A stretch of DNA of 64,000 nt from Octopus vulgaris (lineage: Eukaryota): positions 39,308,001 through 39,372,000 of the forward strand of contig OX597823.1 in assembly GCA_951406725.2 (NCBI GenBank), read 5' to 3'. The notes beneath the pieces are model-generated. The model was given only the letters and a program-made list of their open reading frames with translations. It was not told the DNA's origin and did no database searches. The translations under genes were made by a program, and so were the position numbers. How positions within the stretch are numbered: position 1 is the stretch's first letter; every line of letters begins with the position of its first letter. Of this stretch, positions 52,738-64,000 are shown piece by piece.

Positions 52738-52948
52738 GCTTATCGCACGCGCGCGTGTATACACTTGCGTTATATATTTTGATCAATCTATATGAACATG
52801 TCCAGCTATATGAAACCTTATTAAGCCACATACATTTATCCACCAATGCGGAGCGGAGCACTTATTTTCAATTTTCCATGTTAGCGTGTGTGTACACACA
52901 TATATATTAAACTTTACCATTATATACATATATCATTATAAACACAAA

Positions 52949-52993
<45 letters not shown>

Positions 52994-52999
52994 TTTGTG

Positions 53000-53034
<35 letters not shown>

Positions 53035-53114
53035 ACATATATATACACACACACATATTTATCTATCTATCTATCTCTCTCTCTATATATATACATAATT
53101 ATAAATGTGCACGT

Positions 53115-53175
<61 letters not shown>

Positions 53176-53519
53176 CAATATATTCTTTTATTTGTTTCAA
53201 TCACTTGACTGCGGCCATGCTGGAGCACTGCCTTATGTAGAAATATTTATTTATACGTAATTGTAGATGCACATATCTAATAGAGATATCAATTTCTATA
53301 ATGATATATACTTATGCATAATGATACACACACACACACATACATACACACATGTACCTATATATATATATATATAATACAATATAATATGATATATATA
53401 TGTGTGTAGACAGGAAAAGAAAAGAGAAATAAAGAAAGCATTGCTAGAAGCTTTTTTAATTTCCCATTTATTTCATTTTCTACTTCTGGACTACAATTCT
53501 TCAAGCAAACTAAAACGCT

Positions 53520-53545
53520 CATGCATGCATGCATACATACATACA

Positions 53546-53577
<32 letters not shown>

Positions 53578-54283
53578 CAAATATACACATATATATGCAT
53601 ATACATACATATGTATACATAAAGATACACACACACACACACACATATATATATATGCATACATATACATACAAATATACATATATATATATACATACAT
53701 ATATATACAAATATACATATATATATATACATACATATATATACAAATATACATATATATACATATATACATGCATATATATACATATATACATGCATAT
53801 ATATACATGCATATATATACATATATATACATGCATATATATATATGTATATATATATACATGCATATATATATACATGCATATATATATACATATATAT
53901 ACATGCATATATATATACATATATATACATGCATATATATATACATATATATACATGCATATATATATACATATATATACATGCATATATATATACATAT
54001 ATATACATGCATATATATATACATATATATACATGCATATATATATATACATGCATATATATATATATACATGCATATATATATATATATATACATGCAT
54101 ATATATATACATACATATATGCATGCATATATATATATATATATATATACTTACATATATATACATGCATATATATATACATGTATATATACAGATACAT
54201 AAATATATAAAATATAAAATTAAAAAATTTACAAATATACATACATTCATATATATATATATATACATACACACGCACACATA
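53520..54283. repeat. Complex (TA)/(TACA)/(CATG) array with higher-order units
   Basis: ATACATGCATATATATATACATAT-like units repeated. Confidence 0.95.
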
Positions 54284-55000
54284 CAATGGCGCTGCTCCAG
54301 TATGGCCGCAGTCAAATGACTGAAAACTGAAAGAACGTGCACCCCCCCCCCCCCGCAATGTCTTGGTGTATCTCCAAGTTAGTTGTTTTTTGAAGTTTGA
54401 CCGGCACATTGTTCATGCTCTTGTTATTCAACCTCAAACCTCTCCCGAATATATATCCATGATCAGATCAAAGACATTCCAGTCTTTTAGTGTATTAGCA
54501 CCGTCATTGTTCAATGCATGATTGTTTCTTTGTTGTTTTGTTTTTGTCTTTTTAAGACTGACAGTAGGTTGAAATTTCACGCAGATTTTGCTGCTATGTT
54601 TAGCAAGACTCGTCGGTTTATTTAACAAATACTAAATATTAACAATTCGTTGTTTTTGTCAATGTATGTGTATCCGTAGGTATGTGTGTGTTGTTTAGCA
54701 TCAAGTCACCCTTAACGTATAGAATCTGATCAAAAGGCTCTCTAACCATGATCATCCTGTCTTTTGAAAGCTGTATGCAGGGTTACATTATCCAGTGTGT
54801 GTATGTGTGTTTCATTCCTAAGAAGGAAGGATGTGATTTAGATGAGGCTTAGCTACCACTTCTAGTAGGTTGACCAGCCACGTAGTGTTTCCTTCGTGGA
54901 ATCGTTTTTTTTTTTTTTTTTGTGTGTACATGTTTAAAAGACAATGCTGTTGGGTTACACAGAGAGTACACTAATTAATATAAACTGTAGGATATACAGT

Positions 55001-55165
55001 AATATACACTATCAAACAGACATGTTGAATTCATAAGAATATAGAATAATATACACCATCAAACAGGTATGTTAAATTCATTGCGGTGTAGATTAATATA
55101 CACTGTGAAACAGGTACTGTGCAATTAATCGGGATATATATTAAAATACACCTGCTAAAAGTTAT
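55001..55165 (+). repeat. Degenerate 47-bp minisatellite (3-4 units)
   Basis: AATATACACY..YAAACAGG starts at 55001, 55048, 55095 and about 55143. Confidence 0.75.
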
Positions 55166-55470
55166 TGTAGAATAGCGTAGGAAATACACTAACAAACATA
55201 CATGCATCACCGAACAAAAGCTTCACAAAATATCGTGCGTCGTGAGCAAAGGTGAAATGTTGGGTTTCGGGCATTTTCCCTCGTCAGTGAAAGTAATATA
55301 ATTCTAAACTTAATTCATTATTTGGAATTTAAAGTGCGAGTTTCCGCCAGTGGCACAAACTTCTCCGTATTTTTCATCATCATTATTATCATCAATAATA
55401 TTAATACGCTAACTTTTTGTTTTTGTACGTACCTGTTGTGTGCGTCACACTTACTTCAAAGAAGTGGCTA

Positions 55471-55509
<39 letters not shown>

Positions 55510-55589
55510 GACAGAGAGGAAAAGAGAGAGAGAGAGGGAGTGAGACGGAAAGAGAAAGTTAGAGAGTGAGACAGAAAGAGAGAGTGAAA

Positions 55590-55840
55590 GAGACAGTGAG
55601 TGGTGACGGTGTTCGTTTTGTGCTTTTAAATGTTTCCGAGTGGACTAAGAGAGAAAGAAAGAGAGTGAGAGAATAAGTGAGAGAGCGAGAGACAGTGAAA
55701 GAAACTGAGTGGTGATGGCGTTGGTTTTGTGTTTTTAAATGTTTCAGAGAGGAAGTAATAGAGAGGGGAGAGAGAGGGGAGTGGGTGGGTGAAAGAGACA
55801 GTGATTGGTGACGGCGTTCGTTTTGTGTTTTTAAATGATT
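55590..55840 (+). repeat. Three ~45-bp repeats separated by GA-rich spacers, probably Helitron-internal
   Basis: GAGTGGTGACGGYGTTCGTTTTGTGYTTTTAAATG at about 55598, 55707 and 55803. Confidence 0.7.
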
Positions 55841-56329
55841 ATCACATCGCAAGAGAAGTAGATACATATACACATTGTAGAATCAAAAGGGGGAGAGAAG
55901 AGAGAAAGTAAGAGAGACAATAGATACATAAATCCAAAGAAAAGTTCAGACATAGATACATGGACACAGGAAATATTGGCTGTCAGTTTTACTTTTCATT
56001 ACCACACGAGGATAAATTAACTCATAAATGGCTGAGTACTCCACAGACATGCATAACATTAACGTAGTTCTCAGGGAGATTCAGCCTCACACAAAATATG
56101 ACAAAGCTGGCCCCTTTGAATTACAGCTACAACTCGAGACATATATATATGAATGTATTTGTGTGTGTGTGTGTGTGTGTGTGTATATAGCATAGGTTAG
56201 TTAAAACGTTTGCAATGATAAGTGTCGTGTGGTGGAAATAAACGCAATTACCAAACTTTCATTCATAAATCCATTAATTATTTCGTTCTTTTGCATTTCA
56301 ATTTGTGCATTTGTACCCAGAAATTTTCA

Positions 56330-57003
56330 ACAACTGCACGCCAGAAGGAATGGAAAAACGAGTAATTTTATCTCCTATAAATTCTGACTGTCTTGCAATA
56401 AATGAAAAAGTTCTTAATAATATACCAGAAGCACTTAAAACACTTAAGCACAGATTCACTGTCCTCCAAAAATGAAGAGGAGGTTCAGAACTATCCATTT
56501 GAATTCATAAACTCACTCACTCGATCCAGTATGCCTCCTCATCGCCCCAAATTAAAAGCAGGGGCTATTGTAATGCTGCTAAGTAATCTTTCGATCAGTC
56601 AAGGATTATGTAATGCAACTCGCATGAAAGTGCAAAGACTTCATGAACATTGTGTAGAGGCATCATTGGTAACAGGCTCCAACAGAGATCGTACAGTTCT
56701 AATTCCCAGAATCAAACATAGCCCAAGTGATGCAGATATTCCATTCGCACTAAACAGACTTCAGTTACAACTTCCACTTGCATATTCAATGACAATTGAT
56801 AAGGCTCAAGTGCAAACATTTGAAAATAGTTGGATTACATTTTCCTCGTCCGGTTTTTTCTCATGACCAATTATATGTCGCATTTTCAAGAGCACGAGCT
56901 ATGAACAATATGAAAGTAAGAGTTATGACACTCAATTGGGATAACAGACAAGGCCAAAACGTGGTGTGACATACAAAATATTGTCTACTATGAAATTCTG
57001 TGA
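56330..57003 (+). pseudogene. Helitron PIF1-like helicase C-terminal half (frameshifted)
   Basis: KRVILSPINSDCLAINEKVL / YPFEFINSL..MPPHRPKLKAGAIVMLLSNL..GLCNATRM..VLIPRI..RLQLQLPLAYSMTIDKAQVQTF / VGLHFPRPVFSHDQLYVAFSR / QNIVYYEIL*: classic PIF1 motifs. Confidence 0.92.
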
Positions 57004-57149
57004 AGAAGATCACTGCACCAGCTAGCATCACCACCACACCATCTGCTCCATCATTAAACATCCACATTACACCTATAAGATCGGGGAACCAGTTAGGGAT
57101 CTCTCTCAGCAAACCACAAAATCGCACCAGCCAGCATCACCACTACTTC

Positions 57150-57472
57150 CAAGCCCGTCATATATATATATATATATGCATGCATGCATGCATGTATGTA
57201 TGTATGTATGTATGTATGTATGTATGTATGTATGTATGTATGTATGTATGTATGTATGTATGTATGTATGTATTTGTTCCACCACCACCACTGCTTGACA
57301 ACCGATGTTGGTGCGTTTGCGTCCCTGTAATTTAGCTGTTCAGCAGAAGAGACTGATAGAATAAGCACCAGGCTTAAGGGAATAAGTCCAGGGGTCAATT
57401 TCTTCGACTAAAGGGTGGTGCTCCAGTATGGCCACCGTCAAAAGACTGAAACAAATAATAGAATAAAAGAAT
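57150..57472 (+). mobile_element. SINE family A 3' half inserted in the Helitron
   Basis: AAGCCCGTC-(TA/TATG)n-GCTTGACAACCGATGTTGGTG...GGTGCTCCAGTATGGCC..GACTGAAACAA. Confidence 0.8.
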
Positions 57473-57836
57473 ACCAGAAAAAACGTCGTTCCGTACCACT
57501 AAACCAAGAAGGTTCTTTGGATACGTACGATGTATTCTAAGGTTAAATAGTAATTCCGTTTACGTTTGTGTTAACTGAGATATTTTGATTGGATTATATA
57601 GTCATTGGTGTTACATTACTTTCTCTAGGCCTGAAATTTTTGTGGGGAGGGAGCCAGTTGATTAGATCGATTCCAGTATACAACTGGTACTTAATTTACC
57701 GACCCCGAAAGGACGAAAGTGAAAGTCAACCTCGGCAGACTTTGAACTCAGAACATAAAGAGAGACGGTCATAATATGCAAACATTTCTCATGGCACCAG
57801 TTCACTGTTTACAGATGCTTACATTTTTTATGTTTT

Positions 57837-57863
57837 CCGTGAATTTTTCACGGGTCTAGCTAG
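57837..57863 (+). mobile_element. Helitron 3' terminus
   Basis: Hairpin CCGTGAA-TTT-TTCACGG followed 6 nt later by CTAG|T, on the same strand as and downstream of the PIF1 remnant. Confidence 0.8.
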
Positions 57864-58121
57864 TCATTATTATTATTATTATTATTATTATTTATGTTAT
57901 TGCCTATTGCAATAATAATAATAATAATAATGTCTACATTGCGACTTCAGAGCAAAATCCATATCTGGACTGAAAGTACATTCATGCATCCATCGCAAAA
58001 AAAAAATGTAGCTTCTTAGTGTTTTTTTTCCCTTTCTTTACTCTCTTACTCTCTTTAACCTTAAGTCCTCTCCTTCAAACATTCATGCGTCGAAACCGTC
58101 GGGAGCGACCATCATTTATGC

Positions 58122-58606
58122 CAAGTCCTCATCAATTTCTTCAAATATCATTTGAAGTAAAAGTTAACAGTAGAGAAGGAGGTGCTGCCTTCTAGTCTCT
58201 TTATCAAAAGGTGGTCCACAGTGGCAAGCCTGGCGAGACTGAAGGGATCTACTCTGAATATGCTTTTCTAAGCAGGAGGAAAGAAACTGGAAGAGGGCAC
58301 TTTCCCATGCCTTGGGGATGGCAGAGTAATCCGGATTTTTTGTGTGGGGTTTACCCCAGATTACCATAAGAGGACTGCCCCGGCATTGGAGAGTCTATTT
58401 ATCTACCTATTTATAATTTATTTCTCTACTTTCTATTATATATCCTCTGTTATATCTTTTAATGTGGAAGTACCTCCCCTTGATCAATGGTAACCTCATA
58501 TGTTTTTGTAACTGTTGTTTCGTTGCGTTTTTCTTTTGTTAATGTGTCACTTGTCCTTCGAAATTGTCCTCCATGTGTTGGGGCCTTGTGGTCAATAAAA
58601 GAAATT
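58122..58606 (+). mobile_element. L1/Tx1-like LINE 3' end
   Basis: QVLINFFKYHLK*KLTVEKEVLPSSLFIKRWSTVASLARLKGSTLNMLF* (F..RW C-terminal motif), then a pyrimidine-rich 3' UTR ending CCTTGTGGTCAATAAAAGAAAT. Confidence 0.6.
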
Positions 58607-58835
58607 GCTGGCAGAAACGTCAGCACGCCGGACGAAATGCTTATCAGTCTTTCGTCTGCCGTTACGTTCTGAGTTTTAATTCTGCCGAGGTCGACTTTGC
58701 CTTTCATCCTTTCGGGGTCGATAAATTAAGTACCAGTTACGCACTGGGGGTCAATGTAGGCGACTTAATCCGTTTGTCTGTCCTTGTTTGTCCCCTCTGT
58801 GTTTAGCCCCTTGTGGGCAATAAAGAAAAAAGAAT
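58606..58835 (+). mobile_element. SINE family B copy
   Basis: High identity to the reverse complement of 24300-24530, followed by (ATT)n. Confidence 0.9.
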
Positions 58836-58849
58836 TATTATTATTATTA

Positions 58850-58880
<31 letters not shown>

Positions 58881-59129
58881 CATATCTATAGCCTCCAGAG
58901 CTAAGGTGTATCTTTATGGTGGTCACATTTAATGAATTAACACTTAATCTGCTAAAACACCAGCTACATCCACTTCAAATCCCACTTTGTAGAGTGCACG
59001 TTGAATAATGCTATTTGGTGTATTTTATTTGAAAAGAGACAACAAACAGTATGGTCATAGACTGATTGGTCTTAGATCATATTCCTGTTCTAGTACAGTT
59101 GACCAAGGGTTAAATATCAACCACTTATG

Positions 59130-59186
<57 letters not shown>

Positions 59187-59319
59187 CGTAAAGTGAGTTT
59201 GGCGAAAGCCCAGTATTCAGATAGTGTACTTCTTCGGAAATACTCTAACATTACACCCTAGCAGGACATCCCCCCTCTCTCTCTATATATATATGTATGT
59301 ATATATATATGTGTATATA

Positions 59320-59364
<45 letters not shown>

Positions 59365-59425
59365 ATATGTATATATGTATATATATATGTATATATGTAT
59401 ATATATATGTGTGTATATATGTGTG

Positions 59426-59486
<61 letters not shown>

Positions 59487-60077
59487 ATTAATATATATAT
59501 GTATATGCACATACATTCTGTACGGTATTGAAAATGGACATGCATTGGACAAAATAGTCAGTATACACTAAGGCCTGAAGATAGTAGTAGTAAGATCGGG
59601 ATTGCCATAATTGGAATGCCTTTGATCGCAGCCACTCTAACAAGTGCTCTAACAAGTTTACACACTTGTATAACAACAACAACATATACCTGACTGCCTA
59701 AGTTTATGAGTATGTATATATATGCATACATATATACAAACATGCAGTTATGTATTTACAATAAAATGAATAGAAAATAAATTTATGCCTTTTCATTACT
59801 TGACTCTCCTTCAAAATGTGTGAGTAGGTGTATAAAAAGTACGCATACAATACACGTATCTATATGTTTATGTACATACACACATGCGTTATTTCTACAT
59901 ACATTCTTTACAAATATACACAACTGTATGTATACTGCGTTATATAATAAACGGCAGTTAAAAACTTTCTTTTGCTTCGTTGGAATCCACGAGCACGTGT
60001 GTGTGTATATATCCATATAAATGTTAATTTTGGGTATATTCATTAAATATTGTATAATCATTTTAGAGAAACATATA

Positions 60078-60115
<38 letters not shown>

Positions 60116-60142
60116 TCATATATGTTCATTTTAGGTAGATTC

Positions 60143-60217
<75 letters not shown>

Positions 60218-60327
60218 GATCACATGTGTGTGTGTGTGTTTCTGTGCGTGTATTTATATGTATATGTATGTATATGCACATCTCTCTATATATACTTGTA
60301 TATACATACATACATACATACATACAT

Positions 60328-60408
<81 letters not shown>

Positions 60409-60799
60409 GAACGTATATGAGATATATATATATATATATCTATATATATATACACATATACTCATATACGTTCATTTTATGTATATTCATTATATATGTA
60501 TATACAAATATACATATAGAGATATACATACATACATACATACATACACGCACACAAACATACACACATATATACACACACACATACATAATGAAACTTG
60601 CTTAAAGGGTTGTAAACACAGGTTTAGAATTATTAAGAAACAAGGTCGATTTTTTCGATCTTATCATCAAAAGAAAAACAGGCATAATAATAATAATAGC
60701 AATAATAATAATAATAATAATAATAATAATTATTATTATTATTATTTTAGTATTACTTTTGTACGACAATTAAATCAGATAAATCCAATAATATTTTTT

Positions 60800-60960
60800 A
60801 CCCTAGGCACAAGGCCCGAAATTTTTGGGGGAGGGGGCCAGTCGATTAGAGCGACCCCAGTGCGCAACGGGTACTTAATTTATCGACCCCCGAAAGGATG
60901 AAGGGCAATGTCCACCTGGGCTGATTTTGAATTCAGAACGTAGAGAAAGACGAAATACCA
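60800..60960 (-). mobile_element. SINE family B copy (partial)
   Basis: TTTATCGACCCCCGAAAGGATGAAGGGCAA core. Confidence 0.8.
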
Positions 60961-61349
60961 GTTCAAAAATGTTTATCGCACGTGTTTTGCGATGATGTCC
61001 TCCAGGAAGGAGGATGTTGAAAGCGTTTTCAGTACACCTTCCAAATTTAAGGGAAGGAGAGGGTCTTGCATCTCTGCCACTCCCTGTTCCTAAAATTATG
61101 CAACACTCACTCACACACCCGGCGTCGGATCACAAGGTGTGTTTTCAATGCATATGCTGGATACCTGTGTGTTTGCGTATTTGTGTGTGTGTGTGTTCAT
61201 TTTGCAGTAAACCAGTATTTATGGTTAACTTTTTTTTCATTTTTAAGGACAGCATCCTGGGATAAAGCCACGGCTATTCGACTTTGATGTATATCTACAT
61301 TGGCGACACTTTGTACACATGTTTACTCTAATAAATTATGAAACAGTTA

Positions 61350-61378
61350 AATATATATATATGCATACATATATATGC

Positions 61379-61411
<33 letters not shown>

Positions 61412-61470
61412 CATATATGCATATATACACATACATATATATATACATGTATACATATATATATACATGT

Positions 61471-61509
<39 letters not shown>

Positions 61510-61692
61510 TACACACATATGTACATATGCACATACATATATGCATATATACATATACTTATATATATACATATATATACATATATATATATACACACAT
61601 ATATACATATATACACATATATATATATACACACATACATATATGTATATGTACACACACACATATATACAAATATGTACACACACACACAC

Positions 61693-61737
<45 letters not shown>

Positions 61738-61790
61738 CATACATATATATACATACATATACATACATACATATATATACATACATATAC

Positions 61791-61853
<63 letters not shown>

Positions 61854-62097
61854 AAATTAGTAAGCTTCGGATTTTTTTAAATATGCTAAGCCACTGGTTT
61901 TAATTGATTAATATCAATTTCTAACCCTATTTAATTTTATATATATATATACATATGCATATAAATACATATATATACATATGCATATAAAAATATATAT
62001 ACATATGCATATATATACATATGCATATATATATACATATGCATATAAAAATATATATACATATGCATATATATACATATGCATATATATATACATA

Positions 62098-62135
<38 letters not shown>

Positions 62136-62237
62136 CATACATATATATACATACATATGTATACATGCATATGTATACACATATATATACATACATATAT
62201 ATATACATGCGTATGTGTATGTATATATATATATATA

Positions 62238-62278
<41 letters not shown>

Positions 62279-62546
62279 ACATACATATATATATATACAT
62301 ACATATATATATACATACATATATATATACATACATACATATATACATACATACATATATACATACATACATATATACATACATATATATACATACATAC
62401 ATATATACATACATACATATATACATATACATACATACATATATACATACATACATACATATATACATACATACATATATACATACATACATATATACAT
62501 ACATATATACATACATACATACATATATACATACATACATATATAC

Positions 62547-62586
<40 letters not shown>

Positions 62587-62630
62587 CTTCTTAATATATA
62601 TATATATACATGCGTATGTGTGTATGTATG

Positions 62631-62665
<35 letters not shown>

Positions 62666-62670
62666 GCATG
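61350..62670. repeat. Two long (TA)/(TACA) arrays
   Basis: Direct reading; source of the long YIHT/CMYV pseudo-ORFs. Confidence 0.95.
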
Positions 62671-64000
62671 TATATTTACACTTTAGTTATGTCCAAACGA
62701 ACATGACACGACACTTCGGCATCATCACATTTCTACAGCCGCGGGTTGGGTGGGGGGAGACTTTACATATCTGGGTCGAAGCGTGTGTTTAGCTAGCTGG
62801 TTGCCTTTTAACGCCTATCTATCTACCTGTTGAAACCTCACTAGCATTATTATTATTATTATAATTATCATTATTTTTTACTATTATTAATCTTTCTCCC
62901 TCTCGCTCTCGCCTCGCACGCACACATACATACATGCATACATACATACATACATACAAGCAAACAAAGCCTTTCTCCTAACTTTCCAAATTCTTCCACT
63001 CCTGAACCCCCTCTGTAGTTAACCCCCGCCGCCACAACCACCACCACCACCACTACCACCACTACTACTGCTGTTACTATCGTTCCTTTTAAGCTAAGAT
63101 TATTATGTACACATTTATGAAGATAGCTTCGCAAATAAATAAAAGACCTGTTCGGGAATCCAAACGCCTATATGTACACCCATTTTCTTTGTAAACACTG
63201 TTGTAGAAACAGACACATGGACAGTTCAATGCACACACACATACACACACACATACACACACACACACGTGCGCGGGAACTTAATACATGTGAGCGAGAA
63301 GAGAAGAACGGTGATGCAGAATTCGTGCAGGGCACAATTGTTGGTGCGGTGTGCATTTAAAGTTGCAGGTAAAACAGAATTACAGGTGCATAGGTAGAAA
63401 GAAATTACAGGTAAGAGTTGTGTAGGTAGAATCAAACAGAAATGACACACGTACAGACAGACATCACCTGCACCGGAAAGCCAAAGGTCAAATTGTTAGT
63501 TTTGCTGGTGTTGGTTTTTGTTGCAGAAGGGAGGTGGTGGTGGTGGTATTTTGTAGGATGATGGAGTTGCCGAATAGCTGTCCCTTCGAAGTCCCATACC
63601 GGATGGAAAAACAGAAAACGGAGGTAGTTCTTTTGACAACAATTTTTCCTCTTGTTAAAGCACTTCCGATACCTTGGAGACGGTAGAATAACCCGGAACT
63701 TTTTGTATAAGGTTTTCTCCGAATCATCCTCGTTCGATTAACTTCACTACGGGAGATTTTGTTTGTTTGTTTGTTTGTTTATTTATTTTTTTTATTTATT
63801 TTTAAGTATTCCTGTTTTTCATACATTGAGAAGAGTCTGAAAGATTAGCTGAATCGCTTACGCTTATCATGTATACATGCATGCATGCATGCATGTATGT
63901 ATGTATGTATGCATGCATGCATGTATGTATGTATGTATGCATGTATGTATGAATGTATGCATGTATGTATGCATGCATGCATGTATGTATGTATGTATGT

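Noticed and set aside
53358-54409. Long ORFs of 200-300 aa (also 61319-62706, 60050-60901, 5469-5943)
   Set aside because: They are translations of TA/CA/TACA microsatellites that lack stop codons by composition.

Overview
AT-rich, microsatellite-dense eukaryotic genomic DNA. The repeat landscape (several tRNA-headed SINE families, RTE and Tx1/L1-type LINE tails, very long TA/CA/TACA/GA/ATC arrays) suggests a coleoid cephalopod, probably Octopus; this is an inference. No intact protein-coding gene is supported, and almost all ORF-track entries are microsatellite or SINE translations. Recognisable coding remnants all come from transposons: a Tc1/mariner DD37D(maT)-type transposase with TIRs (25277-26127), two FLYWCH fingers plus a MULE-type terminus (39.5-40.7 kb), a Helitron PIF1 helicase with its hairpin-CTAG 3' end (56.3-57.9 kb), and LINE ORF2 C-termini. 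There is one weak terminal-exon candidate (1895-2043). Most interesting signals: (1) several distinct short non-coding elements, mostly next to (TA)n tracts, carry minimal type-I hammerhead-ribozyme folds with compensatory stem-I changes, palindromic stem III and recurrent non-canonical cores (CUGUNGA, CCGANGA), including head-to-head palindromic pairs; (2) an ~80-bp E2F/octamer/CCAAT/PSE-like module occurs three times, each joined to a different hAT-like end at a CGCCCNGGGCG palindrome; (3) CpG-poor sequence gives way to CpG-rich sequence near 33.5-35 kb. Coordinates were counted by eye and may be a few bases off.
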